Origin: the human T2T-CHM13v2.0 reference genome, Homo sapiens
Length of the DNA: 64,000 nucleotides
Direction: 5' to 3' (one strand)
Assembly (NCBI RefSeq): GCF_009914755.1
Contig: NC_060930.1
The position numbers were made by a program, and so were the translations under genes. The notes under the pieces are model-generated. The model ran no database searches, was not told the origin of the DNA, and worked only from the letters and a program-made list of their open reading frames with translations. This document shows positions 26,790-39,955 of the stretch, in pieces. Position 1 is the stretch's first letter; every line of letters starts with the position of its first letter.

Positions 26790-28348
26790 ATTGTGTGTAT
26801 AATTATGTGAATCTTTGTTTTTTTCCTCATTGGAAACCAAAGTTTTCCAATTGTTGGAGCCAGTTTGGGTTTTAGCATCTTTGGTGCCTGGTCAGAGTCA
26901 AAAAGTTCAGGACCACAGTGGAAAATTCCCATATTGGTTGGATTTCATATTTTCACCCCAAATGTAAAAAGCACAGTGGAACCCACAGATAAAGAGATCC
27001 ATGGAGTAGCTGGCCTAGCTTTTCAGAGGCATAATCCTTAGCAGCTTCGTTGCCTGCTATCTCCAGTGCTTCAGGGGACTCTTGCAGCATCCCATAGCCC
27101 TTGAGTTCTCTGGGTTTGTAAACTGGAAAGAGGATGTGGGATAGCTGTTTTGCCATCTGAGTGCTAATAGTGATTTTGCTCCCAAAAGCCAGGTGTTCTG
27201 TGCTAGAGCTGAGATTCTCTCCCCCAAAGCTGACACCTGACAAAGTGCTTCTGATGCAGGTGCTCGGTGGTGCGAGCTCTGAAAACAGGGATCATCTGTT
27301 CAGCAGCTCGTCCCACGGTCCTGTTTCTGCTTTAGTGGGAATATTTGGAGGCACAGCTCAATGTACACACTGACAAAGTAGTTCAGATCGGAGAAAAAAT
27401 ATCATCTCCAATTGCTAGATATACTTGAAAAGAGAAAGCAAAACACCACTTCAACCAGGCATTTGGCAGATGTCTCTTCTCTGGTCTGAAAGCAAACTAG
27501 AGCAGAGCTGCGACATGAAAGGCCCTTAAGCTCCTGCCGTAGATTTGTTATTAATTAAAAATTCAGCAAGGGAAATCTCAGGTTCTTTAAAGCAATGCTT
27601 TATCTATTTCCCCATATGAGGATGAACTCATAAATTCTATTTTATGATACTCATATCGATGGTTTGGGAGAATGAATTAATTGTTGGGGGAACAAAGTGG
27701 GTAAGTGAACACAGAAAAAAAGTCTTACCAAAAGAACAATTAAATGAGATAGGTCATATGATCAGGGTTGAATATACTCCTGGTGATTCTCCAGGTTCCT
27801 TTCTTTCAGAAGGAGGGAACTCAGGGAAAGCACTACTTTCCCAAGGATTATTATTTAAGTCTACAAGTGTATTGAAGAGTTGAAGGTCTGGAAATCAAAA
27901 TTTGAATGATTATTAGGGAATTAAGATTTCCTTCAGCTAGCCCTTGTCATAATTCAAATTGCCTCATTGTTCTAGTAACTGAAATTCCAGTACTTCTCAT
28001 TTCCCACTTTGCTTAATTCAATTCATTGATTTGCAGCAAACTTTTCAATACAAGAATTTTTTGGTAGTATAATGAAGGGAATTGAAAAATCTGAAACAAC
28101 AATAAAGTAAATCATAATATTTACAATGCAGTCACTACTAAAGTAAAATCATGTTTCCTGTGATCAATAGAGCATCAAGAGTCATGGCATTTTTTCCCTT
28201 TGCCCAAGTTCAGCACTTTTTGAGTTTCAGTAGAAACTTTTACTAACCTAATCATGACATTTTAAACTTCAGGATGTCAAGTTGTAGCGTTCCAATGTGA
28301 ACGTGCTTTCTTTGGTGCCAATTTAGTTTCAGAATCTTGGCCTGCCTA

Positions 28349-28579
<231 letters not shown>

Positions 28580-29306
28580 TTACACACTGATGGGTTTATG
28601 AGGTAGATGTGGAATACTAACATGTCTCTGCTTACAGAGATGTCTAAAGTACTTAATTAATGCACAACATGATTCATGTGGATCGTAATTCTTTCTACAC
28701 TGCCACCACTTGTGCATATCTGCTGTAGAGGAAAAAAAGCACGTCAAAGAAGGGAAAGGTAGGAAATTAGGACATGTCCTCTTTAAGAGAATGAGAAGAG
28801 GGAGACAGAGGAGATAAGAAATTAGAAGGAATTGAATCTAACAACAAGTAGGATGTAAAGACAGTGTTTGTGTCTTGTAGCCTTGGATAGTGGAGAAATG
28901 CTGGGATTACAGATAGAAGAGGCAGATTTGGCACAAGTTATGGACTTACGTTTTGAAGAACTGACAGCTGAGTTTGTATATCTGAAAAACAAGCGGTGAG
29001 AAGTAAAATCTCTTTCTCAATTGTTCTCTTAATAATTCTGAAGAAAGTGCCATTGCTAACCAACAGAAAATTTTATAGAATTTTGCCTAAAAGTTGTCAA
29101 AATAGTACATAACACAGTTGCACCTTCATTGGCCTGGAATTCTCCTAAGTGAATGCTGGAAGTCTTTATCCCACTTTTATGTTCTAGGCATACAGTTTTC
29201 TTTTCTTTACGCAAATAGTGTTAGGAGTTGTGTGTGTGTGCCATATGCGTGTGTGTGTGTGCTTTTAGACACTATCTATACATATGGAGCAATTACTTAT
29301 ATGTTT

Positions 29307-29418
29307 TTGTTCCATTTTCTACACTCATTGTAGCATGCTATAATCACTATTTTGTAGTTGGCTTGTTCCATTTTCTACACTCATTGTAGCATGCTATAAT
29401 CACTATTTTGTAGTTGGC
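29307..29418. repeat. Perfect 56-bp tandem duplication
   Basis: TTGTTCCATTTTCTACACTCATTGTAGCATGCTATAATCACTATTTTGTAGTTGGC twice. Confidence 0.98.
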
Positions 29419-29698
29419 TTTCTTCTTTCTACTTCTCTTTCTATGGGTTTATGTGCATGTTTTATATATATGTTTAAGATACTACTAATGTTTTGTAAGA
29501 TAAGATATTAAAATATCTAATCTCTAATGGAGAAATTCTAGAAATTCCAGCATTTGGATGCAAAAGTATTTTTTGCATTTAATCCATATTTACCTCCTAT
29601 TCACTTTCTAATCACCCTATCTTGAATGACTACCCATAGACTTAAGCAGATAACATAAGACAGTGGTTGAAAACATGGGCTGTAGACCTAGCTAGCCA

Positions 29699-30172
29699 TG
29701 GTAGATCAGCCTCGGATATGTGCTGCTCAGTTCAACCCCCAAGAAAAGCTGTTGTGAGGAGTGAAGTTAGCTGACAGCCTCCAACTACAGTGCTTTTTAA
29801 ACTGCAGCACATGCAAACTGAGGTCATGCTTTCCTTGGGCAGCTTAGCCAATGCCTAAGCATGACGGTATATTGGCAGCTGGCCATTCTTGCTCAGTATG
29901 AAACCCTCCATAAGCAATCTTTGAGTTGGACCTTCCTTTGGGCTGACTGAGACCTTCTCCAAGCTATATCAAATAGTCTGAGACTGCTTCTACCCAATCC
30001 TTTCTCGTACCTGCTTACCTTTTGTAGGTATCAGACCAGCACCTCTGTCTTTAGCCTCTTCACACCTACTCTTCCCCATTTCTTCTTTATCCTTCACAGG
30101 CATCACCTCCAGTAAATACCTTGCATTTCTTCTTTGTCTGGCATCTGCTTCCTAGAGGACCCAGTCTGACAC
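29699..30172 (+). mobile_element. LTR16-like ERVL solo LTR within a MIR
   Basis: GTTAGCTGACAGCCTCCA...AGTAAATACCTTGCA...GGCATCTGCTTCCTAGAGGACCCAGTCTGACAC. Confidence 0.7.
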
Positions 30173-30269
30173 GCATGACTCTTACATGTCCTAGTTTTAT
30201 GAGCGTAAGAATTTTGATTAATTTCTCTCTTATCATCACTTATTTTTATTATTATAGAACAAAAAAATA

Positions 30270-30960
30270 AATTCTTACCCATTTTGCTGGAGAACCTCTT
30301 CAGTTTATCTAAAAAATAATAGGAGATAAAATTCTGAGTTCTTATGTGTTGGGAAAAGTTGTATTGTGATGTTGCATTTGATTGTTAGTTCTCCTGGCTA
30401 CAGAATTTTAGGACAAATTCATTTCCTAGGAATTTGAAGACGTTGCCTTCTAGTAAACGTCACTATTGAAACACGACAATTTGAAATTCAATCCTTTATA
30501 GATAAGCTGTATTGACTCTTTTAGAACTTTGAAGAATTTTTCATATACTATTGGCTTAAAAATTTCACTGGAATATGTCCAGGGATGGGTCTATTTTTCA
30601 AAAAAATCCTGCTGAGCACTCAGTCACCATGTTTGCTCTTAAGACTGATTCATAGTTATCATCAGCTCTGATAAATTTTCCTTTATTATTTCTTTGATTA
30701 TTTCCACCAGTTTATTGTCTTTCTACTCTCTTTCATTTCTATTATAAGAATCTTAAACTTCTTGGATACTAATCTATGTGTAAGTCTCTCATATTTTTAC
30801 AAAATTATTTTCAATTATTGCATGTTTTACATATTTCCTTAAATTCTATTGACTTTAAAATGTATATTTCTAGTTTCTACGAATTCTGTCATTTCTTGCT
30901 TCTGAATGTTTATTTTTAATAGAAGCTTTTTGGGTTTCATAGATGTAATAGTTTATCTCA
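30270..30960 (-). mobile_element. Ancient L1M fragment
   Basis: T-rich antisense L1-like sequence (GATTGTTAGTTCTCCTGGCTACAGAATTTTAGG; TCAGCTCTGATAAATTTTCC). Confidence 0.55.
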
Positions 30961-31589
30961 ATGGGTAGTAGTGACTTAGATGTAGTAATGGGTATACTTG
31001 GGTGATATATATATATGTGGGTATATATATATAATTGTTATTAATTGGACTCATGTTTTCCTATCACTTTTATTGAACCTCTTAGGTAATCTTTCAAAGT
31101 CAGAGCCTGATAGTGTCTACCTAAAATTAAATATTCAGCTCTTTTCCAAGACTTCCTAGTAGTATTCTTCTAACTTGGGTTTCACTTGCTGTGTAAGTTC
31201 ATACTTTTCTCTCCCATGACTATAACTCCTGGGCATACAAATCTACTTATATTTTAATAACCTAAGATAATATTTCCACAAAAAACTTCACCCACTCAGT
31301 GTTCATTTTTCCATGAATGATTAATGATGATAATTTATATAGAATCTTCCACTGAAAAGCACATTAAATAACAACATTGCCAGTACAGCCTCCTCGTATC
31401 TCATTAGACTGGAAAGCAGTACTTAAAATAAATGCTGCTACTTTAACCAGTTGCAAGTCAACAAAGTTGCATCTGTGAAAATGTGGATAGTTAGAAAAAA
31501 GTATTTTAATGGATATATGCACTGGCCATATTATCTTTATTTCATATAGGAAGTATAAAGTAGTCATTAAAATTTCTCATTCTAGAAAG

Positions 31590-31752
31590 AGCAGCCCGGA
31601 TTCAGATCCCAATTCAACTGTCTGCTGTTGGGCAAACTAACTTTTCTGAGCCTGTTTCCTCACAGAGTTGGTATGAGAATTAATTATAATGCATATGAAG
31701 TGCTTAGTATAGTGTCTAATACATGGTAAGCATTCAAAAATATTAGCTACTC
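31590..31752 (+). mobile_element. MIR
   Basis: GGATTCAGATCCCA...TTGGGCAAACTAACTTTTCTGAGCCTGTTTCCTCA...ACATGGTAAGCATTCAAAAATATTAGCTA. Confidence 0.8.
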
Positions 31753-34700
31753 TGATTGATGAGTAGATTGGCAACCTCTCAGAGAAAAAAATACTATTTC
31801 CTCCCAAAAATGATTGTGTCTGTCTTTCTTGTGACTACATTGCATTTTATTGTTACATCTAGAGTACTTCTTACTATATCCAGTCTTTGTGTATAAAGAG
31901 TTATTTTTCTGATTTTCCAGCTATACCATTAGAATGAGGAAACCAAGGATTGTCGTCTTTATTGCCCAGTATGACTAGCAGGAAACTTGCATATTGTACT
32001 TCATGCAATGAACAAATGGTGGAGGTACAAAAGGATGGGGATGTGGTTTGATATCCATATACAACAGATCCTTCTATGCCAACATATCCTTCTATGAGGA
32101 AAAGGAGAATAATGGTAAATAAAAGGAGAAGCACCTCAAGAATAAGAAGTAGCCTTGGAATCATGAGTGGCAGTCAAAAGAAAAGGTGCCCCATGTAGAT
32201 TGAGTAAATGAGGTTAACCATTTCAAGACTATAAACACTCTAACTGATATATGGCAGGTATGTACCCTAAGATATTCATTTCTCTGAGCAGCAGCAGGAT
32301 AATTTACATCAGAGAATAAAGATCTTGCCCTTGACAGTAATTACTCCCGGCAACGATTGCATCAGGTAGTGAGCCCCCTTCAGGAGACAACGTGCATCTT
32401 CCCTGGGTAACCCTGGGTAAATGGATCCATCCAACTGGTGCCTTCTCAGATGGATCAGGCACATGGTGGCCACTAATAGTTTTTTGTTTGTTTGTTTGTT
32501 TGTTTTTTCCAGTCCTATAGCTAAAATTCTGAGCTTCCACAAGAAGTGCAAGAGATGATGAAGCAAGTCCAGGGAGGCATGAGTTAGACTTGCTAGAGCA
32601 GGACAGGAAGGCTTAGATTGGCAGTTATGTGGATGAAAATTCTACAAATCACTCTGAATTATTACAGATCTACTACTTCCTTGCTGTGGTCTAAGTCCAA
32701 TTCTAAACTCTTGAGAATCAGCAAGTATTATCCTGGCCTTTAATGTGTTTCAAATCTAACCTTTTTCTGATTTCCATGTTACTACCATTCTGATGCTCAT
32801 TAGCACTTTCATCAAAGAAATGAAATGGAAAGAGTATAATCTGAATCCAAAATTTTTCACATGTGTTAATGGGTTTGGCAGAGGGGAAAGAGAAAACTCT
32901 GGGCGAAATAGTTTTAAAATTTATGCACATGTTTAAAGGCATGTCACAATTAACTTTTTAATATTACTCTACTTTCAAGTTTAAGTTTTTGTTATTTTAC
33001 ACTTGCTCTGATGCTTCTCTTGTTTATTAATTTAGCCAACAGCTAGGGTTCCTTGTTCGTTGAGATTTAGAAATACCCCTATCCCAATTCTGGTTTCCAC
33101 TTCCTGCATCCAGTGTAGAATTGGCAGAGTGGGTTTTTGGAACTCTTGGTGTGTGGAGCCTGAGGATCTCTCTGCGGGAGGCTGGGGAGGGTGTGAAGCT
33201 GCAGGACTGAGACCCAAACTCAGCTTGGATGGTAAGGGAAGGAGCCTATTAGTGTATCGCAAAGCTCCTTACTTCCTTCTTGGCAGGAGTTGTTGCTTGG
33301 AGCCAGCAGGTGCTTAATGCTGTTAAATTTATGAGTAGTGAAAGCTGTTGGATTTCTTAACATCTGGGTAACATAAATTATCAGAATTTTTTTTAGGCTG
33401 ACATAGTTGGAAAGTGATTTCGAAATCCATGAAAAGCCATTAGGTAACCTTTACTGGAATGTGTTTATTTTTGAACATTTACCTGTGTGACTGTAAGCTG
33501 TCCCTAGATGAGCTGACAGACCCTGGCTGAGCAGGAAGTGGCAGGGTCAGGAAAAGCTAGGCCACAAGTTTTCCCTTGAGAGCCTTAGGTAAGACACGGA
33601 GCACTTTTAATTTATATATTTATTGTTTTCGGGGAATTTTTTCTCTTGCTCAGAATTACCAATATGGTAAGTGCAGAACCAACATATCAATTTGTAAATG
33701 ATTTCCATTGTTTATTTTTCCTTTTAAACTAGATGTGATACTGAGAGCTGCTCCCTTATCCGCCTTTCTTTCCCTTCTCTCTGTTCTTTCATTACAGTAG
33801 ATAATTGAGTTATCACCTGTCAGGCAGAATTTAAAAAGTAAAATAAAGTAGGAAGAAAGGAATTGACCATTTCTTTATAGTAACAGCTATTTATATAACA
33901 TTATGTTGCTGTTGTCTATGTTTGTCTGTTTTATACCGGGACTGATAACTGCAAATAGGCATTTCTTAAACTTTTAGCCACTGTTAATTTTAAGTGATGC
34001 TGTCCATAAAATGTTATCACGCTTGTATTTTCATGTTGTAAATGGACCATTTTGAGCTTGAAGTGTATTGAGAGATTATTTTTCTACCTAGATTTTACTT
34101 TCTAACAGAAATTGAAGTAGTATGTAATATTGGCTTAAAATATTACTGTTTTCCACACTCTTCTTATTGATTGCATAAGAATGCAATCAATGACTGGAAT
34201 TAGTGGATTAAAAAGAAAAACAACACAACATGAAATGTGTTAGCATATTTCACATGATGTTGTCAAAAGAGCCATGGACTGTGAGAACTGTTGGGTACAA
34301 CCTCAGCCTCACTCTTCCTATTCTGTGACCCTGGGCAGACTACATAGGCAGCCAGAGTCACAGTTTTGCTTTCTTACAGTAGAATTTGCAGTGACATTGT
34401 AGGTGACAGCCCAGCATCCACTGGGCCCTTGCCTTACTGATTTATAGGAATGCAGTTAGGGGACCTGACATAGGTGAAGGGGAGGGTCTGATTGTATGAA
34501 GAGTTGTTCTAACCCTTTTTTCTGGTAATTATTTTGATATACTATATGCTATTATATATACACACACTACTATACAGTCTTAAGACATTAGGATATTTTA
34601 TATATGTATATTTATATATGTGTGTATATACATACATATGCCTTAGTGCATTATATATCACAATCAATCAAACAAACTCTATAAAATAAATACACTTGGG

Positions 34701-35675
34701 CTGTTGCATGTAATATTTTTGTGGTTTCCAAGAAAAAAATGCAATCTGTCCAAAAACATGTTTAAGTAATATTTTACCTTACTTTGAAACTTCAGTTCTT
34801 CCAGATTTTCTCTTATTGACTACTTGGGAAAATTTACACTTAAAAAAAGATGTGTGTTTTTAGTTCAACACTTGCTCATACTTGTATGGCTGGTTGTGTC
34901 AGAAATTGTATTTATTTATGGGCATATTTCAGGATGTTTTCATAGGAAGAAAACAAAACCGAAGGCCTTCAGATAGGATCTATAATAATGCTTCACAACT
35001 GAAGACAGTTTTCTTGGGGTTTTTGCTCCTTGAAAAAAAGAACAATAATGTGCCAGAGACCCCAAAGGGAAATATATTGTTAATGGAAAAAATTGCTTTC
35101 ATTCACACTTTCTATTTAGGGGAGCCCTTGCTGCCAGGTTATAATGAAAACATAAAGGTCTAATACAAAACTGATCAGGGAGAAGGAGGCAGAGGAGACG
35201 AACCCAGAAAATGCAGCCTCTAATCCAGATGTTAGCATTAGTGGGGTTGCTTTTGTGAGAGACAGCCAGCAGACTTTACCTTATTCATCCTCTCTGAGGC
35301 CCCTGCTTCATGATCAAATAAAAAACAATTAAAATCTTATTTTTTCAGGTTTCAACATTTTTTATACAATTTAGATTGTGTTTACTTATAGGGAATTCTC
35401 AAGTATGAAACAACTTCCTTATGATGGTTGATTTAACTGATTTAAAGTTCTAGAAAAAGATGAAAATAAACAACACCCATAAACAGCTTTTGTTCAAGCC
35501 AGGGAAACAGGAAAATCACCTGAAGTTCTTTTTATTGTCTCATTAAAATAAACTTTTTCTCAACTTGATGAAATTAAGTTAAGGATACATTCTTAGAACT
35601 TAAAAAAAAAAAGACTTCTGTGTGGCTTAGAAAATAATGGTTTACTGGCCTATGTGGAATGGGAAAACAAGAGGG

Positions 35676-35964
35676 TTTTTTTTTTATACTTTAAGTTTTA
35701 GGGTATGTGTGCACACTGTGCAGGTTTGTTACATATGTATACATGTGCCACGCTGGTGTGCTGCACTCATTAACTCGTCATTTAACATTAGGTATATCTC
35801 CTAATGCTATCCCTCCCCCCGCCCCCCCACCCCAAAACAGACCCCGGTGTGTGATGTTCCCCTTCCTGTGTCCATGTGTTCTCAATGTTCAATCCCACCT
35901 ATGAGTGAGAACATGCGGTGTTTGGTTTTTTGTCCTTGCGATAGTTTGCTGAGAATGATGGTTT
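35676..35964 (-). mobile_element. Young L1PA (PA3/PA4-like) 3' end
   Basis: TATACTTTAAGTTTTAGGGTA...CATTAGGTATATCTCCTAATGCTATCCC...GATAGTTTGCTGAGAATGATGGTTT; TSD AAGAGGGTTTTTT at 35669 and 35967. Confidence 0.95.
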
Positions 35965-36550
35965 GAAAGAGGGTTTTTTAAAAGGAGGAAACAAATTACT
36001 CTCATAGAGAAATAGAGACAGGCTTAATCATTAAAACAATGCTTAGTGTCAAATATTAGAACACACGTTTCAGAAGAAGTGAATACTCTTTGGAACCATC
36101 TGTTTTGGCTTTCTTCATAACCTTTGGGAATGCATTTTGGAGAAAGCCATCACAAAACCTCACAGAATTGTACCTCCTTCCTATGGTAGCTGCTTTGCAC
36201 ATTCCAGAAATTTATGTCTTTCTGGGAAGTGACATAGCACACTCTGCTTGCCTGCTCTTTCGCACGAGGGAAGGAAGGAGGTGGTACTATTGGAGCTCTT
36301 GTTCATCCTCTGCTTTTGCTCGCTGGTGTGCTTCTCTCAAGTCCAGCACCATTTACCATGGGCATCTGACCATGTAGTCTGTGAGATAGCTTCATTAAGC
36401 CTAAGTACTTGATTGGAATCTCAATATTAGGTATAGTAGCCCTAAATTTGTAATTTTCACAAATGGATTAATGTGAACTTACTAAACCTAAAGCTTATTT
36501 GGATTATAAATGAGAATGCATCTGCATCATTTTTTGGTTATAGAAGTTTT

Positions 36551-37030
36551 TTCTTAGTTTAGATTCCCCCTGAAATAGACCCTCAACCAAAGATCAGAAT
36601 GCAGATAGTTGAGTTGAGAACTTCAGGAGTCAGCGGAGTGGTGCAGGAAAAGGAATACACCCAATAAAGGATGCTGTGGGAGAATGGGGTTAACATGGAG
36701 GGTTTACTTGGAGGGCTTATTTTTAAGGGTTTATTTGGACTTTTATTAGTATATGATTCACTATAAATATCACAAAAATGTAATACTTTTGCATATTCCT
36801 TATTGTCTGATATTAGCTTCTTACAGCAAATATTTATACTGTTGGCTCAATTTAGACCACAAGAAAATTGGAAACTCTGGAAACGTGTGTAAGACATATG
36901 TCACAATTATCCCACCTGAAGGATGTAGAGATTTACAACAACTTTTGCCAGTTATCAGTTGACAGCTGCATTAGAGCTGTATTCAATAGGTACTAACTCA
37001 CCTGCATGTCCATCCTATTGGACGTGGGTA
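36551..37030 (-). mobile_element. LTR33/LTR16-like ERVL LTR with an internal insertion
   Basis: TCTTAGTTTAGATTCCCC..AGACCCT...CCAATAAAGGATG...GGAAACTCTGG...ATTATCCCACCTGAAGG. Confidence 0.65.
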
Positions 37031-38659
37031 GAATGGCACCAGGAGGGTCTGCCTGATTAACATAAGATTATCTAGAAATTATAAACACTAATAAAAATTT
37101 AAAAATTATATTGCAAAATCCAAATAAATGTGCAAAGCGTAGACAATTAACAAGAACTATGAATAAAAAAGCAGTTAACATCAATGGCAAAAATAATGAG
37201 CTAGCATTTGTTACACATAAAATACATAGATGAAGGGATGAGGATTATTTTTCCTTTATACTTTGCTGAATTTTTTTAATTTTAAATACAACACTGTATA
37301 TTACTTTAGTATGAAAGTCACTATAAATATCATGAAAATCTCATATATTCTGTATATTGTTTGTTGTATTATATTAGTTTCTTATAGCAAATATTTATAA
37401 TATTGGCTCAATTTAGACCATGAGTAAATTTATGTCTCATGAATATGAGAAAATAAAAAGAACTTTAGGTGATTTTCCTGTTTCTCAGGTGTGAACAAAA
37501 GCTGTTTTTAGGTGTTGTATATTTCCATCTTTTTCTAGAACTTTAATTAAATTGGCAGAGTTATCTAATGTTCTTGCTTTACACACAAAAAATAGACAAA
37601 ATAGCAAAACACACAGGTATAAGTTCACCAGTTCACCAAAGAATTAATTTAACAGAGGCCTCCTAGGGGGTTACATATTTCTCTAGGTGAGGTGAAAATT
37701 TTTTTCTGTATTTGAAGTATTTCTTCATTTTACATGTTTCATTTGTAAAATTCTATAACAATCATATCTACCATAAATTTGTCTTTAATTCGTATTTTGG
37801 ATCTCTCATGCACTGAAAATAAAGAAACTATCTATCCTACAATCGGAAATATACACAATACAACTGTAGGGAAGAAGGATTTTTATCTGCCATCATCATG
37901 TCTCAATGGCCTGTGATACACTTAGTCTCTAAAGAGAGGTAATCAGAGAAATACCTAAAATGCTTAGATGGAAGTATGACAATATAGAATCTGTAATATC
38001 ATTCAGTAATTTAATATTTTGGTATTTGTAGTAGTCATAGCTCACAAGAAATGTGAACAATGCATTAATATGTAACTTATATTTAGAAAATACTTTTTCA
38101 TTTTCAATCTAGGAAATTAATAGACAAGTATGAAAACTTATGAAAATGATATTTTCTCACTTAACTTTCTTAAAATGCAATGCAAATCTTACATAGTTCA
38201 AAAATAAATATAAATTTGTTCTGCTACCACAATCTACAAAGTTTTACTAGTATCAACAAATGAGCAAATCAATAATAAGCTCTAAAGCTAACTGAAAGTG
38301 TTTCACAATTTTAACTTGTTTATTCTCTAAATCACTGTCACTAAAGGAAAGATAAATGAAATGTGTTCATTTCATTTTACATTTACAAAATAAATGATTA
38401 AGAATTACCCATCGTTTTCCATATCAAATTATCCTGAATGTATTTTTTCTGGGACTGCTAAGGGCTTCTGTCAGTAATTTGGAAAGAAATGAAAATCATA
38501 TTAATAGGATACTGGTTATTAACAGCCTAACACAAAAGTTTAAAAATTATATTGGCTCCTTGAAAATGTACTAGATAAGGTGATTCACTGTTAATATCCA
38601 TTTGTAAAATAGCCAATTACAATTAGTCTTAAACGGGCAAATCTAAGAGTTATTGTTCT

Positions 38660-39905
38660 TTAAGAGGAGGTAGAGAAAGAGATAGGGGTAGAAAGTTTAT
38701 TGAAAGGGAAAATAACATTGAACTTCCCAAAGAAGTTGGGAAGTACAAGAAGGTTATAGAACATCAAGCAGATTTAACTCAAAGAAGGCTACCTCTTTAT
38801 TATTTTTAATAATCAAAGTCCCAAAGGTTACGAATAGAGAAAGGACCCTAAAAACAACAAGAGAAAAGAAACAAATAACATCAATGGAGGAATCACATTA
38901 CCTGACTTCAAATTGTACTACAGAGCTATAACAGTCAAAACAGCATGGTACTGGCATAAAAACAGATACATAGACCAATGCAACAGAACAGAGAACCCAG
39001 AAACAAATCCACATACCTACAGTGAACTCATATTTGACAAAGCTGCTAAGAACATACACTGGGGAAAACACAGTCTCTTCAGTAAATGGTGCTGGGAAAA
39101 CTGGAACGAAGTGAAACTAGAGCCCTATCTCTTGCCATATACAAACCTCAAATCAAACTGAATTAAAGAATTAAATATAAGAACTCAAAATATGATATTA
39201 CTCCAAAAATACCATACAGGAAACTCTCCAGAACATGGATCTGGGCAGAAATTTCTAGAGCAGTACTCCATAAGCACAGGCAACCAAAGCAAAAATGGAT
39301 AAATGGGAACTCATCAAGTTAAAAAGCTGCTGCACCGCAAAAGAAACAACAAACTGAAGAGACAACCTGCAGAATGGGAGAAAATATTTGCAAACTACCC
39401 CTTTGACAAGGGATTAATAACCAGAATACATAGGGAGCTCAAAAAACTCTATAGGAAAAAAACCTAATAATCCAATCAAAAAATGAGCAAAAGATTTGAA
39501 TGCACAATTCTCAAAAGAAGACATTCAAATGGTAAACAGACATATGAAAAGGTGCTCAACATCGTTGATTGTTAGAGAAATGTAAATCAAAACTATAGTG
39601 AGATATCATCTTACCCCAGTTAAAATGGCTTATATCCAAAAGACAGGCAATAACAAATGCTGGTGAGGATGTGGAGAAAAGGGAACCCTTGTACACTGTT
39701 GGTGGGAATGTAAATTAGTACAAGCACTATGGAGAACAGTTTGAAAGTTCCTCAAAAAACTAAAAATAGAGCCACCATATGATCTAGCAATCCCACTGCT
39801 TGGTGTATACTCAAAAGAAAGAAAATAAATGTATTAAAGAGGTATTTGTACTCCCATGTTTGTTGCAGCACTATTCAAAATAGCCAAAATTTGGAAGTAA
39901 CCTGT
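38660..39905 (+). mobile_element. L1MA/L1PB-type element, ORF1 piece fused to late ORF2
   Basis: ORF1-like AAGAGAAAAGAAACAAATAACATCAATGGAG joined to ORF2 GAATCACATTACCTGACTTC; ORF 38913-39161 [21 protein letters not shown]. Confidence 0.88.
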
Positions 39906-39955
39906 GTTGCTTTTGTATTTAGATAAATATCTTTTGTATTTAGATAAATACAAAA

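Noticed and set aside
27299-27325. TTCAGCAGCTCGTCCC as a REST/RE1 site
   Set aside because: Only the left half partly matches; the GGACAG right half is absent
29307-29418. Direct repeats as a CRISPR-like array
   Set aside because: Two adjacent copies with no spacers, in eukaryotic DNA
31901-32164. Hydrophobic, signal-peptide-like 87-aa ORF
   Set aside because: T-rich strand bias produces Leu/Ile/Phe runs; no supporting promoter or splice context
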